18,553 bases of DNA, taken from Octopus sinensis. Lineage: Eukaryota. Every line of letters begins with the position of its first letter. Position 1 is the first letter of the stretch. The position numbers and the translations under genes were made by a program. The stretch spans positions 1-18,553 of the forward strand of contig NW_021824475.1 in assembly GCF_006345805.1 (NCBI RefSeq), written 5' to 3'. Below are positions 8,135 to 18,553 of the stretch, piece by piece. Under the pieces are notes generated by a model, which saw only the letters and a list, made by a program, of their open reading frames with translations, did no database searches and was not told where the DNA came from.

Positions 8135-8155
8135 GTCTGTATGTATGTATATATA

Positions 8156-8191
<36 letters not shown>

Positions 8192-8460
8192 TGTGTATGT
8201 ATGTATGTATGTATGTATGTGTATATATATATGTATATATGTATAGTATGTATGTGTATATATATGTATTGATAATATGTATATATATATATATATGTAT
8301 ATATGTATATATATACATGTATATATGATATATATATATATAATATAGTATGTTATATGTATATATATATATATGTATATATTCTATAATATCTATATGT
8401 AGTATATATATATGTATATATAATATATATATATTTGTGGTGTTTATATATATATATATT
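8043..8460. repeat. compound microsatellite (TCTA)n/(TATG)n/(TA)n
   Basis: Directly visible. Confidence 0.96.
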
Positions 8461-8996
8461 TCTTCTTCTCTGCGTATTTTTTATATTATATTAAAGAAAT
8501 AATTTACAAAAAAAGAAGAAATTATTACTTGGTCGGAAGTGGAGGGGTGATACAAATGACCTTTTCAAGTGCTCTCCTGGTGAGGAGGTTAAAACGGTCT
8601 GTAGTGATACGGGAAAACGTGATGTAGGAGGATGTTCCAAAGATCCACGCGCAAAGGTATTGGATTCTGGAGAGAAACGGAAGGCTTCGCTCCACCATGT
8701 TCAAAGTCGTAGTCCCAGGTGATACCACCATCGCACCTCCGACAGTGGCAAAACCGCTATGCTCAGAGGTATGCCAATACACACAGACAGATTGGGCGGT
8801 TAAGTTTAACTGACCAGGTATCAGATATCATTGTCAAGGACAACCAGGCAAAGGACCTAACTAACATATTAGGCCTACACGTACATACGGAATTGGATGG
8901 AGAAATTACGAGTATATAAAAAAAAAGATCTGGAAATAGAGATAACCCAAATACGAAGGCTTGAAGCTAAAAATGATCATTATAAGAATTCCTTCT

Positions 8997-9199
8997 ATAG
9001 TACGCGCAAAGCCTGAATAGTTTTGTTTTTGGTGGGGCGATTACATCGACTCCAGTGTCAGCAGGTACGTATTTCATCGACCCCGAATGAATGAAAAGCA
9101 AAGCTGACGTCGGTGGAATTTGAATCCAGAACATAAGGACGGACGAAATGCCGCTAAGCATTTTGTCCGGCGGGCTAACGATTCTGCCAGCTCTGCCCT
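8997..9199 (-). mobile_element. family C SINE (stack copy a, head intact)
   Basis: Minus AGGGCAGAGCTGGCAGAATCGTTAG ... GGATTCAAATTCC ... TTCATTCATTCGGGGTCGATG. Confidence 0.85.
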
Positions 9200-9213
9200 A
9201 ACGATCCCTATAG

Positions 9214-9407
9214 TAATGATTTCAAATTTTGGCACAAGTCCAGCAATCTCGAGGAAGAGGTTAAATCTATAACATTGACCCCCACTGTTTGACTGGTACT
9301 TATTTTATCGACCCCGGAAGGATGAAAGGTAAAGTCGACCTCGGCGGAATTTGAATTCAGAGCGTGAAGACAAAAAGAAGGAAGAAATGCCGGCGTGCTA
9401 ACGATTC
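9214..9407 (-). mobile_element. family C SINE (stack copy b, starts at GAATCGTTAG)
   Basis: Body matches family C; tail ...CTTGTGCCAAAATTTGAAATCATT. Confidence 0.85.
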
Positions 9408-9604
9408 TTTTCTACTCTAGGCACAAGGCCTGAAATTTTTGCATAGGGGGCCAGTCGATTAGATCGACCCCAGTACGCAACTGGTACTTAATTTGTCGAC
9501 CCCAAAAGGATGAAACGCAAAATCGATCTCGGCAGAATTTGAACTCAGAACGTAAAGACAGACGAACTATCGCTAAGCATTTCAACCGGCATTCTAACGT
9601 TTCT
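9408..9604 (-). mobile_element. family C SINE (stack copy c, starts at AGAAACGTTAG)
   Basis: Body matches family C; tail ...GGCCTTGTGCCTAGAGTAGAAAA. Confidence 0.85.
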
Positions 9605-9700
9605 TATTTCTTTATTGCCCACAAAGGGGCTAAACATAGAGGGGGCAAACAAGGACAGACAAAGGGATTAAATCGATTACATCGACCCCAGTGCGTAACT
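9605..9700 (-). mobile_element. family C SINE 3' part (stack copy d)
   Basis: GTTACGCACTGGGGTCGATGTAATCG ... CTTTGTGGGCAATAAAGAAAT; the same tail type as 3646-3876. Confidence 0.85.
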
Positions 9701-9723
9701 TGTATCCCACAGACCTCTGTGAT

Positions 9724-10013
9724 GGCGCATGACTCAGTGGTTTGAGTGTCGGGCTCACAATCACGAGGTAGTGAGTTCGATCCCTAGATCGGGCTGTGTG
9801 TTTTGTTCATGAGCAAGATACTTTATTTCACGTTGCTCCAGTTCGCTGGTGCCACGCTGAATCGGCCTTTGCCTTTCTCTTGAATAATATCTGTGGTATG
9901 GAGAGGGGAGGCTATTGGCCTTCCATAAACAACTGTCCAGACTTGCGCCTTGGAGGGTAATTTTCTAGGTGCAGTCCCATGGTCATTCATGACCGAAAGG
10001 GGTCTTTACCCTT
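9724..10013 (+). mobile_element. tRNA/CORE-type SINE (family D head with a different 3' tail)
   Basis: TGACTCAGTGG (A box), GAGTTCGATCC (B box), CATGAGCAAGATACTTTATTTCACGTTGCTCCAG (CORE-like). Tail ...GGTCATTCATGACCGAAAGGGG is shared with 12022-12143. Confidence 0.85.
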
Positions 10014-10029
10014 CACTAACATTCCATGC

Positions 10030-10185
10030 GGCTATTTCTACCACTACATAAACGGTCTCTGCCCCTCTAATTGAACATTCCACTTTAACTCGAACCCACA
10101 CAACACTCTTCACTTGTCTCCTTAAATCAGTCATAATAAATTTCTTGACACATTCAACTTCATTAATCTTCTCTGGTCTTGGAAG
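10030..10185 (+). mobile_element. possible decayed CR1/Jockey-type LINE C-terminal remnant
   Basis: Frame reads FYHYINGLCPS*...NLLWS, reminiscent of the FYRY..G.CSSEL...LWN motif at the end of CR1/Jockey RT ORFs. Several stops; recognised from memory only. Confidence 0.35.
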
Positions 10186-10702
10186 CTTAGTCAAAATCAC
10201 GTGGACAGCTACTGACTGCTATTCTCGCTGTACTCAGGAAAATGACAGGCCGATCCTTGATGAAGTGGCAACAAACACTAAACCAAGCCCAGCCAATGTC
10301 CTGTCCCTGATTGTAAACAAAAAATATTGTGGTATAAACACAGTATCTACTTGCCAAGGAGTAACTCCAAAAAATGTGTTCGCTAAGCATATACAATTAC
10401 GTCTTCCTCTTACTCCCTCACTGTCTCTCTTTCACATTCTGAGCTTTCGTATCTATAAGACTTCAAGTAACGGCCATGTCTGTCATCAACTGCTTACATA
10501 CAAATATGTGTACTGAGTGCTCTTTTCTCTTGTTAATTCACTGTAAGTGTATGTGTGTTTGTAACTATAAATAAATATATATATTTTGGGTATGGTAGAT
10601 GAGTTTAGCAAAAATTTAGATTCAGATGAATATGGTACTTAATTTGAGGCACCAGAATTTAGTACGGTATTATCCATACAATTTCAAAGCAAAGTGATTA
10701 AG

Positions 10703-11074
10703 ATCAAAATAAGCAACAAGGATATCCAGAGGTAATGCAGTACGATCGTTTCATGCAACTCTATTTAATTGAACAATGCAATCATTACATGAATTTCAAA
10801 TGTAGAGCAATCTTCAGCTGCACAAAGGCATAGGAATTCTAAACTGGAGTTGGGACAGCATGTTCTTTGTCTACCTCCTTGACTTCTTGGAGATTTTAGG
10901 TATAATTATACTAATATGTCCATCCGTTCTAATTTAATTAAATTCTATGCCTTAGTACAGCTGAAGACTGCTCTGCATTTTAAATTGATGTAATGATTTC
11001 ATTGTTCAATTAAATGGATTTGCATGAGGCGATCGTACTGCATTACCTCTGGTATCTTTGTTGCTTATTTTGAT
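10703..11074. mobile_element. MITE-like element with ~135-bp terminal inverted repeats
   Basis: 10703-10838 vs reverse complement of 10941-11074: about 89% identity (12 substitutions, 3 indels by hand), ~100-bp spacer. TA follows the right end; the left TSD is not clean. Confidence 0.85.
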
Positions 11075-11171
11075 ATAATATATATATATATATATGTAGC
11101 TTCTTGAACTGCAGGACTCCTAATACTGGTTATCTGGGTACATCTCCCCTAATAGGGTCCAATGCCGGGTT

Positions 11172-11372
11172 CAAGACCAGCAGTTTTGAGGGGGAGGGGA
11201 CAATTCGAATATAACAACTCCAGTATTTCACTGGTACTTTATTTTTATCCACCGTTGAAAGGAAGAAAGGCAAAATTGATCTCTGCGGGATTTGAATGCA
11301 GAATGTAAAGAACCAGAAGATGTGTCCGCTAGCATTATTACTACGTACTAACAATTCTGCCAGCTCCACCTT
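11172..11372 (-). mobile_element. diverged family C SINE
   Basis: Minus AAGGTGGAGCTGGCAGAATTGTTAG ... CATTCAAATCCCGC ... CCTTTCTTCCTTTCAACGGTGGATAAAAATAAAGTACCAG. Confidence 0.8.
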
Positions 11373-11373
11373 T

Positions 11374-11374
<1 letters not shown>

Positions 11375-11438
<64 letters not shown>

Positions 11439-11465
11439 TATATATATATATATATATAGATATAT
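11375..11465. repeat. (TA)n microsatellite
   Basis: Directly visible. Confidence 0.97.
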
Positions 11466-12021
11466 AAAGAACAATCTTACTTAGAAATGGATGCGTGCGT
11501 TCCGTCATATAATAAATTAATAAATAAATAAAACATATGCATATATACAATACATATATGTACGTACCTACTCTACATGTATATATACATGCATATATGG
11601 GTACAGGACACCAAAAAACGTCGAACACAAAGAGAAACGAAACATAAACAAAAACCAAGAAATGGACATTTTTCTTAAACAACGAAAAAATAGAGTACAG
11701 GACATACAAAACAAGGAAAGTTACCCTTCTTCATTCGCCTTTGTTTCATCTACTCCACGTTTCGAAGGTCAATGCGATACATGACTTCAATGAAACTTTC
11801 CTTCCCGCGAAAATCAAATTAAATAAAATTTGAGATTTTTTTGCGGAGGGGTAAAAATGGTAACAAAAACAGGACAGTAACGACAGTACAAATTATAAAC
11901 AGTAAAAGACAGGACAAGGAGAATAACAGTAACACAAACAAGAAGGGCTTGTGTTGCTCCTTCGCCGTTCTCAAAAATAGCGTTCGTAAAAAAATGTTAT
12001 CCTCGTTCGGCTTAACAGAGA

Positions 12022-12143
12022 TAGGAGGCTGATATGCATGGGCGACTTTTGGTCTTCCATAAACAATCTTGCCCGGACTTGTGCATCGGAGGAGAACTTT
12101 CAAGGTGCAATACCCTGGTAATTCATGACCGAAAGGGTCCGCT
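12022..12143 (+). mobile_element. 3' tail fragment of family D SINE (or of its partner LINE)
   Basis: CTTCCATAAACAATCTTGCCCGGACTTGTGC...TTCATGACCGAAAGGG aligns to 9920-10003. Confidence 0.75.
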
Positions 12144-12261
12144 CTTTTTAAAAATTAAAGCTTTATATATACTTTGAGAAGCAAATCCAAAAGAGAATTA
12201 TTCCACATTCCCTCGAACCTTTATAAATCTTTATGATGTGCATGCGTACGTGCATGCGTGT

Positions 12262-12308
<47 letters not shown>

Positions 12309-12508
12309 GTACACTGTTCTGTGAAGGTAAGATCAACAAAAGAAAAAGTAACAATCCATTTGGTGAGAGATAAATATTATTTAATAAACACAGTATATAT
12401 TTTTTATGAGCTGCTAATAGTTTCATGTAATGAGAACAACTCAGCATTTTATAACACGTCCGGTTCCTTTAGGCAATCGTCAGACTACCCACACACAAAC
12501 ACATATAT

Positions 12509-12943
12509 TTTTTACTTGTTTCATTCATTAGGCTTCGGATGTGATGGGGCACCGCATTGAAGACTTTTAGTCGAATAAATCAACCCCAGTATATATTTAT
12601 ATATTTATTTATTTGCTTAATTTTTAAATCATGGTAGTTATTCTGTCGGTCTCTTCAGCAGGACCACGACAGGGACGTAAACACACAAACGACGACTTTC
12701 AAGCAGTTGTGGAAGACAAATACAGACGCTCCCCCTTCCCTCTCTCTCTCTCTCACTCTCTCTCACTCTCTCTCTCTCTCTCACACACGGCGGGTTTCAT
12801 TTAGTTTCCGTCTACCAAATCCATTCGCAAGGTTTTGGTCGACCCGAGGTTATACTAGAAGACACTTACCCAAGGTGCCACACAATAGGACTGGCTCTCA
12901 GCACATGTGGTTGTGAAGCAAATGTTTTACAACACAGCCACGC
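12509..12943 (-). mobile_element. older full-length family A SINE with internal (CT)n
   Basis: Same head, microsatellite and 3'-half order as 5459-5889, with many substitutions. Confidence 0.8.
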
Positions 12944-13000
12944 ATATATATATATAATATATATTATATATATATATATATAATATATATATATATATAT

Positions 13001-13227
13001 CTTTACTACCCACAAGGGCTAAACACAGAGAGGACAAAATAGGACAGACAAACGGATTAAGTCGATTACATCGACCCCAGTGCGTAACTGGTACTTATTT
13101 GATCGACCCCGAAAGGATGAAAGGCAAAGTCGACCTCGGCGGAATTTGAACTCAGATCGCAGCGGCGGACGAAATATCGCAAAGCATTTCGCCCGGCGTG
13201 CTAACGTTTCTGCCAGCTCTCCGCCTT
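13001..13227 (-). mobile_element. full-length family C SINE between (TA)n tracts
   Basis: Reverse complement aligns end to end with 3646-3876. Confidence 0.92.
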
Positions 13228-13468
13228 GTATATATATATATATATACATGGAGGTTTTGAGAGGTAATGGTGTCATTGAGACCCAAAGGTATCAAGTAAT
13301 GCTGAATAAGTGATATAGATAGACCATAGTTAAGTTCCAAGTTCGGTGACTTTGCGAATAAGGGGTTCAACGTTGGTCATATGTCAGCGTGTGTATAAAT
13401 TTTTTTTTTTCCGTAATGAGATAAAAAAACCCAAGACTGAGTAGATTTTAGAACATTTATAGAGAGAA

Positions 13469-13518
13469 CGTCTTACAGCTGTTTCCAGGATATTTATTAT
13501 ATCCCTTCATTGGAGACG
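13469..13518 (-). ncRNA. degenerate minimal type-I hammerhead within a third Penelope-type repeat
   Basis: Minus: CGUCU CCAAUGA A GGGAUAU-AAUAA-AUAUCCU G GAA ACAGCUGU A AGACG. 5-bp stem I, 7-bp stem II, 8-nt palindromic stem III; core CUGAUGA mutated to CCAAUGA. Confidence 0.75.
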
Positions 13519-13811
13519 GTGTGAGAGGATGGGTAAATAATAGTTAATTTAGATAAGATACAAAATAGAGAGTGAGGTGGAGGAGAGAAAACAGATGTGA
13601 GATGTGTAGGGATATTGAATTTGTAGATCCCTTTTTTTAGGCAGAATGTTATACATGTAAGATTCCAAAACTTTATGAGTGTGTTTGTGTGTGTATGTCT
13701 GCGTGAGTGTGCGTGTGTTTATATCAGTAAATGTATATATGCATGCATATATGAATGTATATTGCATACACACACCTACTTTCTCACTCTCTCACACACA
13801 CACGCACACAC

Positions 13812-13851
<40 letters not shown>

Positions 13852-14440
13852 ATATACAATTGCATATATTCATACACACATATATGTGTACATGAGAGAG
13901 TTATTGTTACATGTATTTTAAGTAGACAGTCATAGATATGCGAGTATAACACAGACAATTGTGTCGGAGACATATTATTTAAGCCAGTGACGAAAGAGGA
14001 ACGGACTTAACTCAGAACATTCTAGTTGTGTAATACACACATGTAAGTGTATGTAAGCATATGTAAGTATTTGCAATGTATTATGTAGTTTTTCAATAAT
14101 AATAAAATCAGAAAAGAATTTGTAAAGCAACGCTATTAAGAGCAGTAACGCGATTCTAATATTTTGGCCATTGATATGCAAAACAATATCTAAGAAGGTG
14201 CAAACACAGACACTTTTACATACACATGTGCACAAACACACAGACATTTGCATACGCATACACACATGCATACACATACACACACGCATACACATGCACA
14301 CATACGCACACACATATATACTAACTGCCTGCGCTGAAATTTAAAACAAATGTGAGTTGTTTCTAGAAATGTATTTTTTTTTTGTTATACTTAACGAGGA
14401 TATGCAAGAAATTGGAGAAACAACGAAACAACACCACAGA

Positions 14441-14813
14441 CACACACACACACACACATACATGTATATCTGTGTATATATGTATATATATATTATAGAT
14501 GTATATATATATGTATATATATATTTATATATATGTATGTATATATGTATGTATATATGTATGTATATATGCATATAATATATATATATGTATATATATA
14601 TATGTATATATGTATGTATATATATGTATATGTATTTTTATGTATATGTATTATATATGTGCATGTATATATATATGTATATATGTGTATGTATATATGT
14701 ATATGTATATATGTGTATGTATATATATATATATGTATATATGTGTATGTATGTATATATGTATATATGTGTATGTATATATATATATAAATATGTGTAT
14801 GTATATATATTTG

Positions 14814-14865
<52 letters not shown>

Positions 14866-15080
14866 TTGTATATATATATGTATGTATATATGTTTGGGTG
14901 TATGCATAGATATATATATATATATTGTATATATTACACATATCATATATATTTTATATATCATATACGTATATAAATACAATATATTGTATATGAGTGG
15001 CTACGTGTGTCTCTGTGTATTGTAAATAAATGTGTGTGTTACGGTATGTATGTATGTTTGTATATATATACGTATATATA
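14441..15080. repeat. long compound (TA)n/(TATG)n microsatellite
   Basis: Directly visible. Confidence 0.96.
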
Positions 15081-15420
15081 CGTTCCAGAAGGTTAATATA
15101 GTACATACCTTCTGAATAGAGAGTACAAATACAAAATATTACAATTTCTTTATTACATTCGCCCCCCCCTCCCAAGCGCACGCGCGAACACACACACATA
15201 CATAGACTTACACACTTACACGCATTCATACATATATATATTGTTGTTTGGCGTTGTTGTTTTTTTTCTTCTTAATATCATAAGCGACCTTAACCAGTAA
15301 CTCCCCAGTGTATATACGAAACCAACTAATAACAGCAACTATCAGTGCGGAAATTGTAAAACGAAATTAAGATGCAAAATATCGTTATGCCGGTGTTACT
15401 TGAACGTACGGATAGCCATC

Positions 15421-15484
15421 CATCTCTCTCTCTCCCCTCTCTCTCTCCCCTCTCTCTCTCCCCTCTCCTCTCCTCTCTCTCTTT

Positions 15485-15531
<47 letters not shown>

Positions 15532-15619
15532 TATATATGTGTGTGTGTGTGTGTGTGCTTGTGTGTGTGTATGTCTGTATGTATGTACACATATATATCT
15601 ATGTATAGTATGTATGTAC

Positions 15620-15651
<32 letters not shown>

Positions 15652-16003
15652 TATATATATAATATATATATATATGTACGTTTATGTGCATATATATATA
15701 CGTATATATATATATGTGTATATATTTATGTATGTATAATACACATGTATGTATATATATATATATATTTATGTATATATATGTATATATGTATAATGTA
15801 TATATATGTAGGTATATATGTACAATATATATATATGCATGTATATATATGTATATATGTATGTAAATATACGTATGTATATATATATGTATGTATATAA
15901 AATGTATAGGCATATGTATGTGTATATATATCCTGATACTTATGATATATATGTATACTATATATATATACATACACACATTCAATGATCTATATATGTA
16001 CGT
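15421..16003. repeat. compound (CT)n/(TA)n/(TG)n/(TATG)n microsatellite
   Basis: Directly visible. Confidence 0.96.
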
Positions 16004-16009
16004 ATTCAT

Positions 16010-16856
16010 GTTCTCTTCTGTTTTTAATTATTTGAAGTTTTCCTGTAAAAAAAAGGAGCTGTTTTTTAACAAAGATAAAAAGCTCCGTCTTTGGAATGTA
16101 GAGAACAAAAGCAAATTCACATTTTAAACTTAAGAAAAGTCTTGTATATCTTTACTGTTCCGCTTACAAATTGTATCCGTAATGAATGGATAATGCAGTT
16201 GAAATCCTTGTATTGAAAAACCTAGCTTAACCAAGTTGACACTTAGGCCTTAAATCAATAAAACCAAAGTGAATCAGTTATTATTGGTTTGGATGTGAAT
16301 TTATAATCTGGATATGGAAGCTGTATTTGGAAGCAGATGCCCGTAGTTAACTTCTTTCTCTTTGATTTTCAAAGATGTTCACCGTCGGCAGGGCAGCTGA
16401 CCTCTATGTTGGTACATATACATTTTCTGGTCTCTCCAAAAACAACAATATACAGCCTTTAATGATTATAGCTGATAAAAGTTTTGTTTGTAATTTCCCA
16501 CCGATATTCTTTGTGTTGATGTTTGTGCGTGTATTCAATAACAGGGGGTGTCTCTATAATTATTCCAGGACAGTCTTTTCTTTCCAGATAGCATTGTAAA
16601 CTGTTTTACCGACAACGTTTTTGGCAGCTGCTAATCACATGTGTGATGTCTTCCCCCAAATCTGACAACATCTACATTATCGGTTGCATCTTGGAGCTCC
16701 AATGGCTTAACTGTGTCTTTTGTTAACTTGTTATTTGGTAGCAATCTCCTGTTCTTAGATTGAGAGAACACCACCTTAGAAGTTTGATGTGATGTAGCGA
16801 TCACGAGTCCCAGAGTAGCTGTGGTTCATGTCGATATTATGATCTTCTTCGAGTCC
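16010..16856 (-). mobile_element. decayed 3' end of an RLE-bearing non-LTR retrotransposon (Dong/R4-like): CCHC knuckle, restriction-like endonuclease, 3' UTR
   Basis: Across stops and frameshifts: EQEIATK, CRCC..EDITHVISSC (16676-16624), NVVGKTVYNAI, IEVSCPAD (~16404-16384), SLKIKEKEVNYG, PYPDYKF, SGTVKIYKTFLKFKM* (stop 16119-16117). Confidence 0.85.
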
Positions 16857-16900
16857 TTAAGAAACACACCTATACATAATTTATTTTTGGTATACAGTAT

Positions 16901-16996
16901 ACATGTATGTGTGTGTGTATGTGCGCGCGCGTATGCTTGTATGTATGTATGTATGTATGTATGTATGGATGGATGGATGGATGGATGGATGGATGG
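16901..16996. repeat. (TG)n/(GTAT)n/(GGAT)n tract between two LINE relics
   Basis: Directly visible. Confidence 0.95.
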
Positions 16997-17292
16997 ATTC
17001 AACCACGAATCCAGGCGAGGAACGATGGTTAGGCAGTAGGTAATGACCGATGTAATGAACACATTGGTCACCTCTGCTCTCCCTCTCAGGGATAGTGACC
17101 ATCAAGACCAGGTCTTGACTAAGCAGGCTACCCTGCTCGAAACCTCAGCCCAGTTCTTCTCTACCTGGTGATCCGGACCAAACCAGATCCTAGCAACTTA
17201 ACCGGTCCCTCCGTCCAATATCCTACAACGCTGTCTGAAGGCATCGACTTGCCCCTCCAGGTGCCAAGTTGCAAGTCCTGCCACCACCTCGT
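16997..17292 (-). mobile_element. internal fragment of an L1/Tx1-clade LINE (RT C-terminal/thumb region)
   Basis: LQLGTWRGKSMPS..VGYWTEGPVKLLG(fs)WFGPDHQVEKNWAEVSSRV..TWS*WSLSLRGRAEVTNVFITSVITY matches the L1/Tx1 pattern K.LG..F...NW......W..R.LSL.GR...N.......Y. Confidence 0.85.
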
Positions 17293-17480
17293 AAGTATGT
17301 ATGTATGCATGCATGCATGTATGTATGTATGTATGTATGTATGTATGTATGTTATGTATGTATTTATGTATGTATGTGTGTATGTGTGTATGTATGTATG
17401 CATGTGTGTTTGTATGTATGTATTATGTATGTGTGTTTGTATGTGTGTATGTATGTGTGTCTGTATGTATGTGTGTGTAT
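17293..17480. repeat. (GTAT)n/(GT)n microsatellite
   Basis: Directly visible. Confidence 0.95.
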
Positions 17481-17590
17481 AGGCGCAGGATGGTCAAACA
17501 GTTAAAAAGTGTGCTTATAAACACGAGGCTCAGGTTCGATAGCGGTGCTTGCCATCACGAGCAAATATTATTCTCTGTGATTTCGAGTCG
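17481..17590 (+). mobile_element. highly diverged tRNA-derived SINE head
   Basis: Starts AGGCGCAGGA like family A; B-box-like GGTTCGAT; weak CORE-like CACGAGCAAATATT. Confidence 0.45.
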
Positions 17591-18212
17591 ACTACTTTGT
17601 TGGTAATGACTCTGTAAAACTGAATGGAAACCCACCAGTTGAAAATGAACCTGTAATTCAATAGGTGTTACCCCTTTTAGACTGATTCTACATGTGAAAT
17701 ATTATAAGGGTACACGTCTCAAGAAACTCGACGACTTACACTTTAATACAGTAGAAATAATTTTAGTTGATCGAAGAACCGAATTCTAATTGTCAAGTGA
17801 CGGAGGCCCACCTCCACTCTCCTACCTTCTGAATGTTCTTAGTGGTCAGTACACGGGCATTTCTCCACTGAATTTTTTTTAAGACAGTGCCCTGTAAACC
17901 GTTTTGTAATGACTGAAATAAATGAAAGGCAAAAGATAAAATGAAAGCAGTATGTTGAAGATAGCGTTAGTTTAAGATCCGAGAAATGGAGCTTCTTAAC
18001 GTTTCGAAAGTTAGTCAATCATCAGAAAGAAAATGAGAAACATAGGATGATGAAGGTGATAACAAAAATAGGGAGTACAAAGAGAAAGAATGGAAAATTA
18101 AAGATGAAAAAATCATAAAATTATAAGAATAATAATTATAAACATCAAAAATTAAATCAATGTAAAGGAAAGTTCAGGGAGAAAGTGAAGGGTCAGAAAC
18201 TAAGAGTGATTG

Positions 18213-18553
18213 CTGGTACTTTATTATTTTGTTTTATTGACTCCGAAAGGAAGAAAGGCAAAGTTGACATCGGCGGGATTTGAACTTACAAAGAGCCGGA
18301 AGAAAAACCTATTTCTTTACTAACCATAAGGGGCTAAACACAGAGGGGACAAACAAGGACAGACATAGGTATTAAGTCTATTACATCGACCCCAGTGCGT
18401 AACTGGTACTTAATTTATCGACCCCGAAAGGATGAAAGGCAAAGTCGACCTCGGCGGAATTTGAACTCAGAACGGAGCAGCAGACGAAATACCTATTTCT
18501 TTACTAACCATAAGGGGCTAAACACAGAGGGGACAAACAAGGACAGACAAACG
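18213..18553 (-). mobile_element. head-to-tail array of 5'-truncated family C SINE units (184-bp period) joined to an older copy
   Basis: CCTATTTCTTTACTAACCATAAGGGGCTAAACACAGAGGGGACAAACAAGGACAGACA starts at both 18308 and 18492; an older subfamily piece lies at 18213-18307. The array runs off the window end. Confidence 0.9.

Noticed and set aside
11590-11900. Probable interspersed repeat with minus-strand GAAACGU preceded by a hairpin
   Set aside because: No recognisable CUGANGA, position 17 is G and there is no stem I; single copy in the window, so family identity cannot be supported.
1124-17606. Long ORFs in the supplied track (YLSI, YVCM, HTYI, poly-N/poly-L), up to 261 aa
   Set aside because: They are stop-free readings of TCTA, TATG, TACA, TA and ATT microsatellites, with no domain content.
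18308-18553. 184-bp periodicity as a CRISPR-like array
   Set aside because: Whole units are repeated SINE sequence with no unique spacers; eukaryotic context.

Overview
Eukaryotic, AT-rich, repeat-saturated non-coding DNA. The repeat landscape (tRNA-derived SINEs with internal microsatellites, RTE/L1-Tx1/Dong-R4-type LINE relics, Penelope-type terminal repeats, roughly a quarter microsatellite by eye) looks like an octopus/cephalopod intron or intergenic region; the taxon is my inference from remembered repeat families, not a database result. I find no intact protein-coding gene: most long ORFs in the supplied track are microsatellite read-through. Supported content: about 18 SINE copies/fragments from about 3 families; four clear LINE relics (two inverted RTE 3' ends with C2H2 fingers, one RLE/CCHC-bearing 3' end, one internal L1/Tx1 piece); a ~370-bp MITE-like inverted repeat; and three minimal type-I hammerhead ribozyme motifs, all on the minus strand and from three different repeat families, one with an intact catalytic core. 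The least explained segment is a CpG-rich, hairpin-dense island at ~3020-3550. It carries a YY1-type motif, a strong minus-strand splice donor, and an 11-bp closing helix enclosing a pseudoknot with RNase P/MRP-like helix order, but not the invariant metazoan RNase P/MRP sequences. All alignments and folds were done by hand, so boundaries are approximate to within a few to tens of bases.
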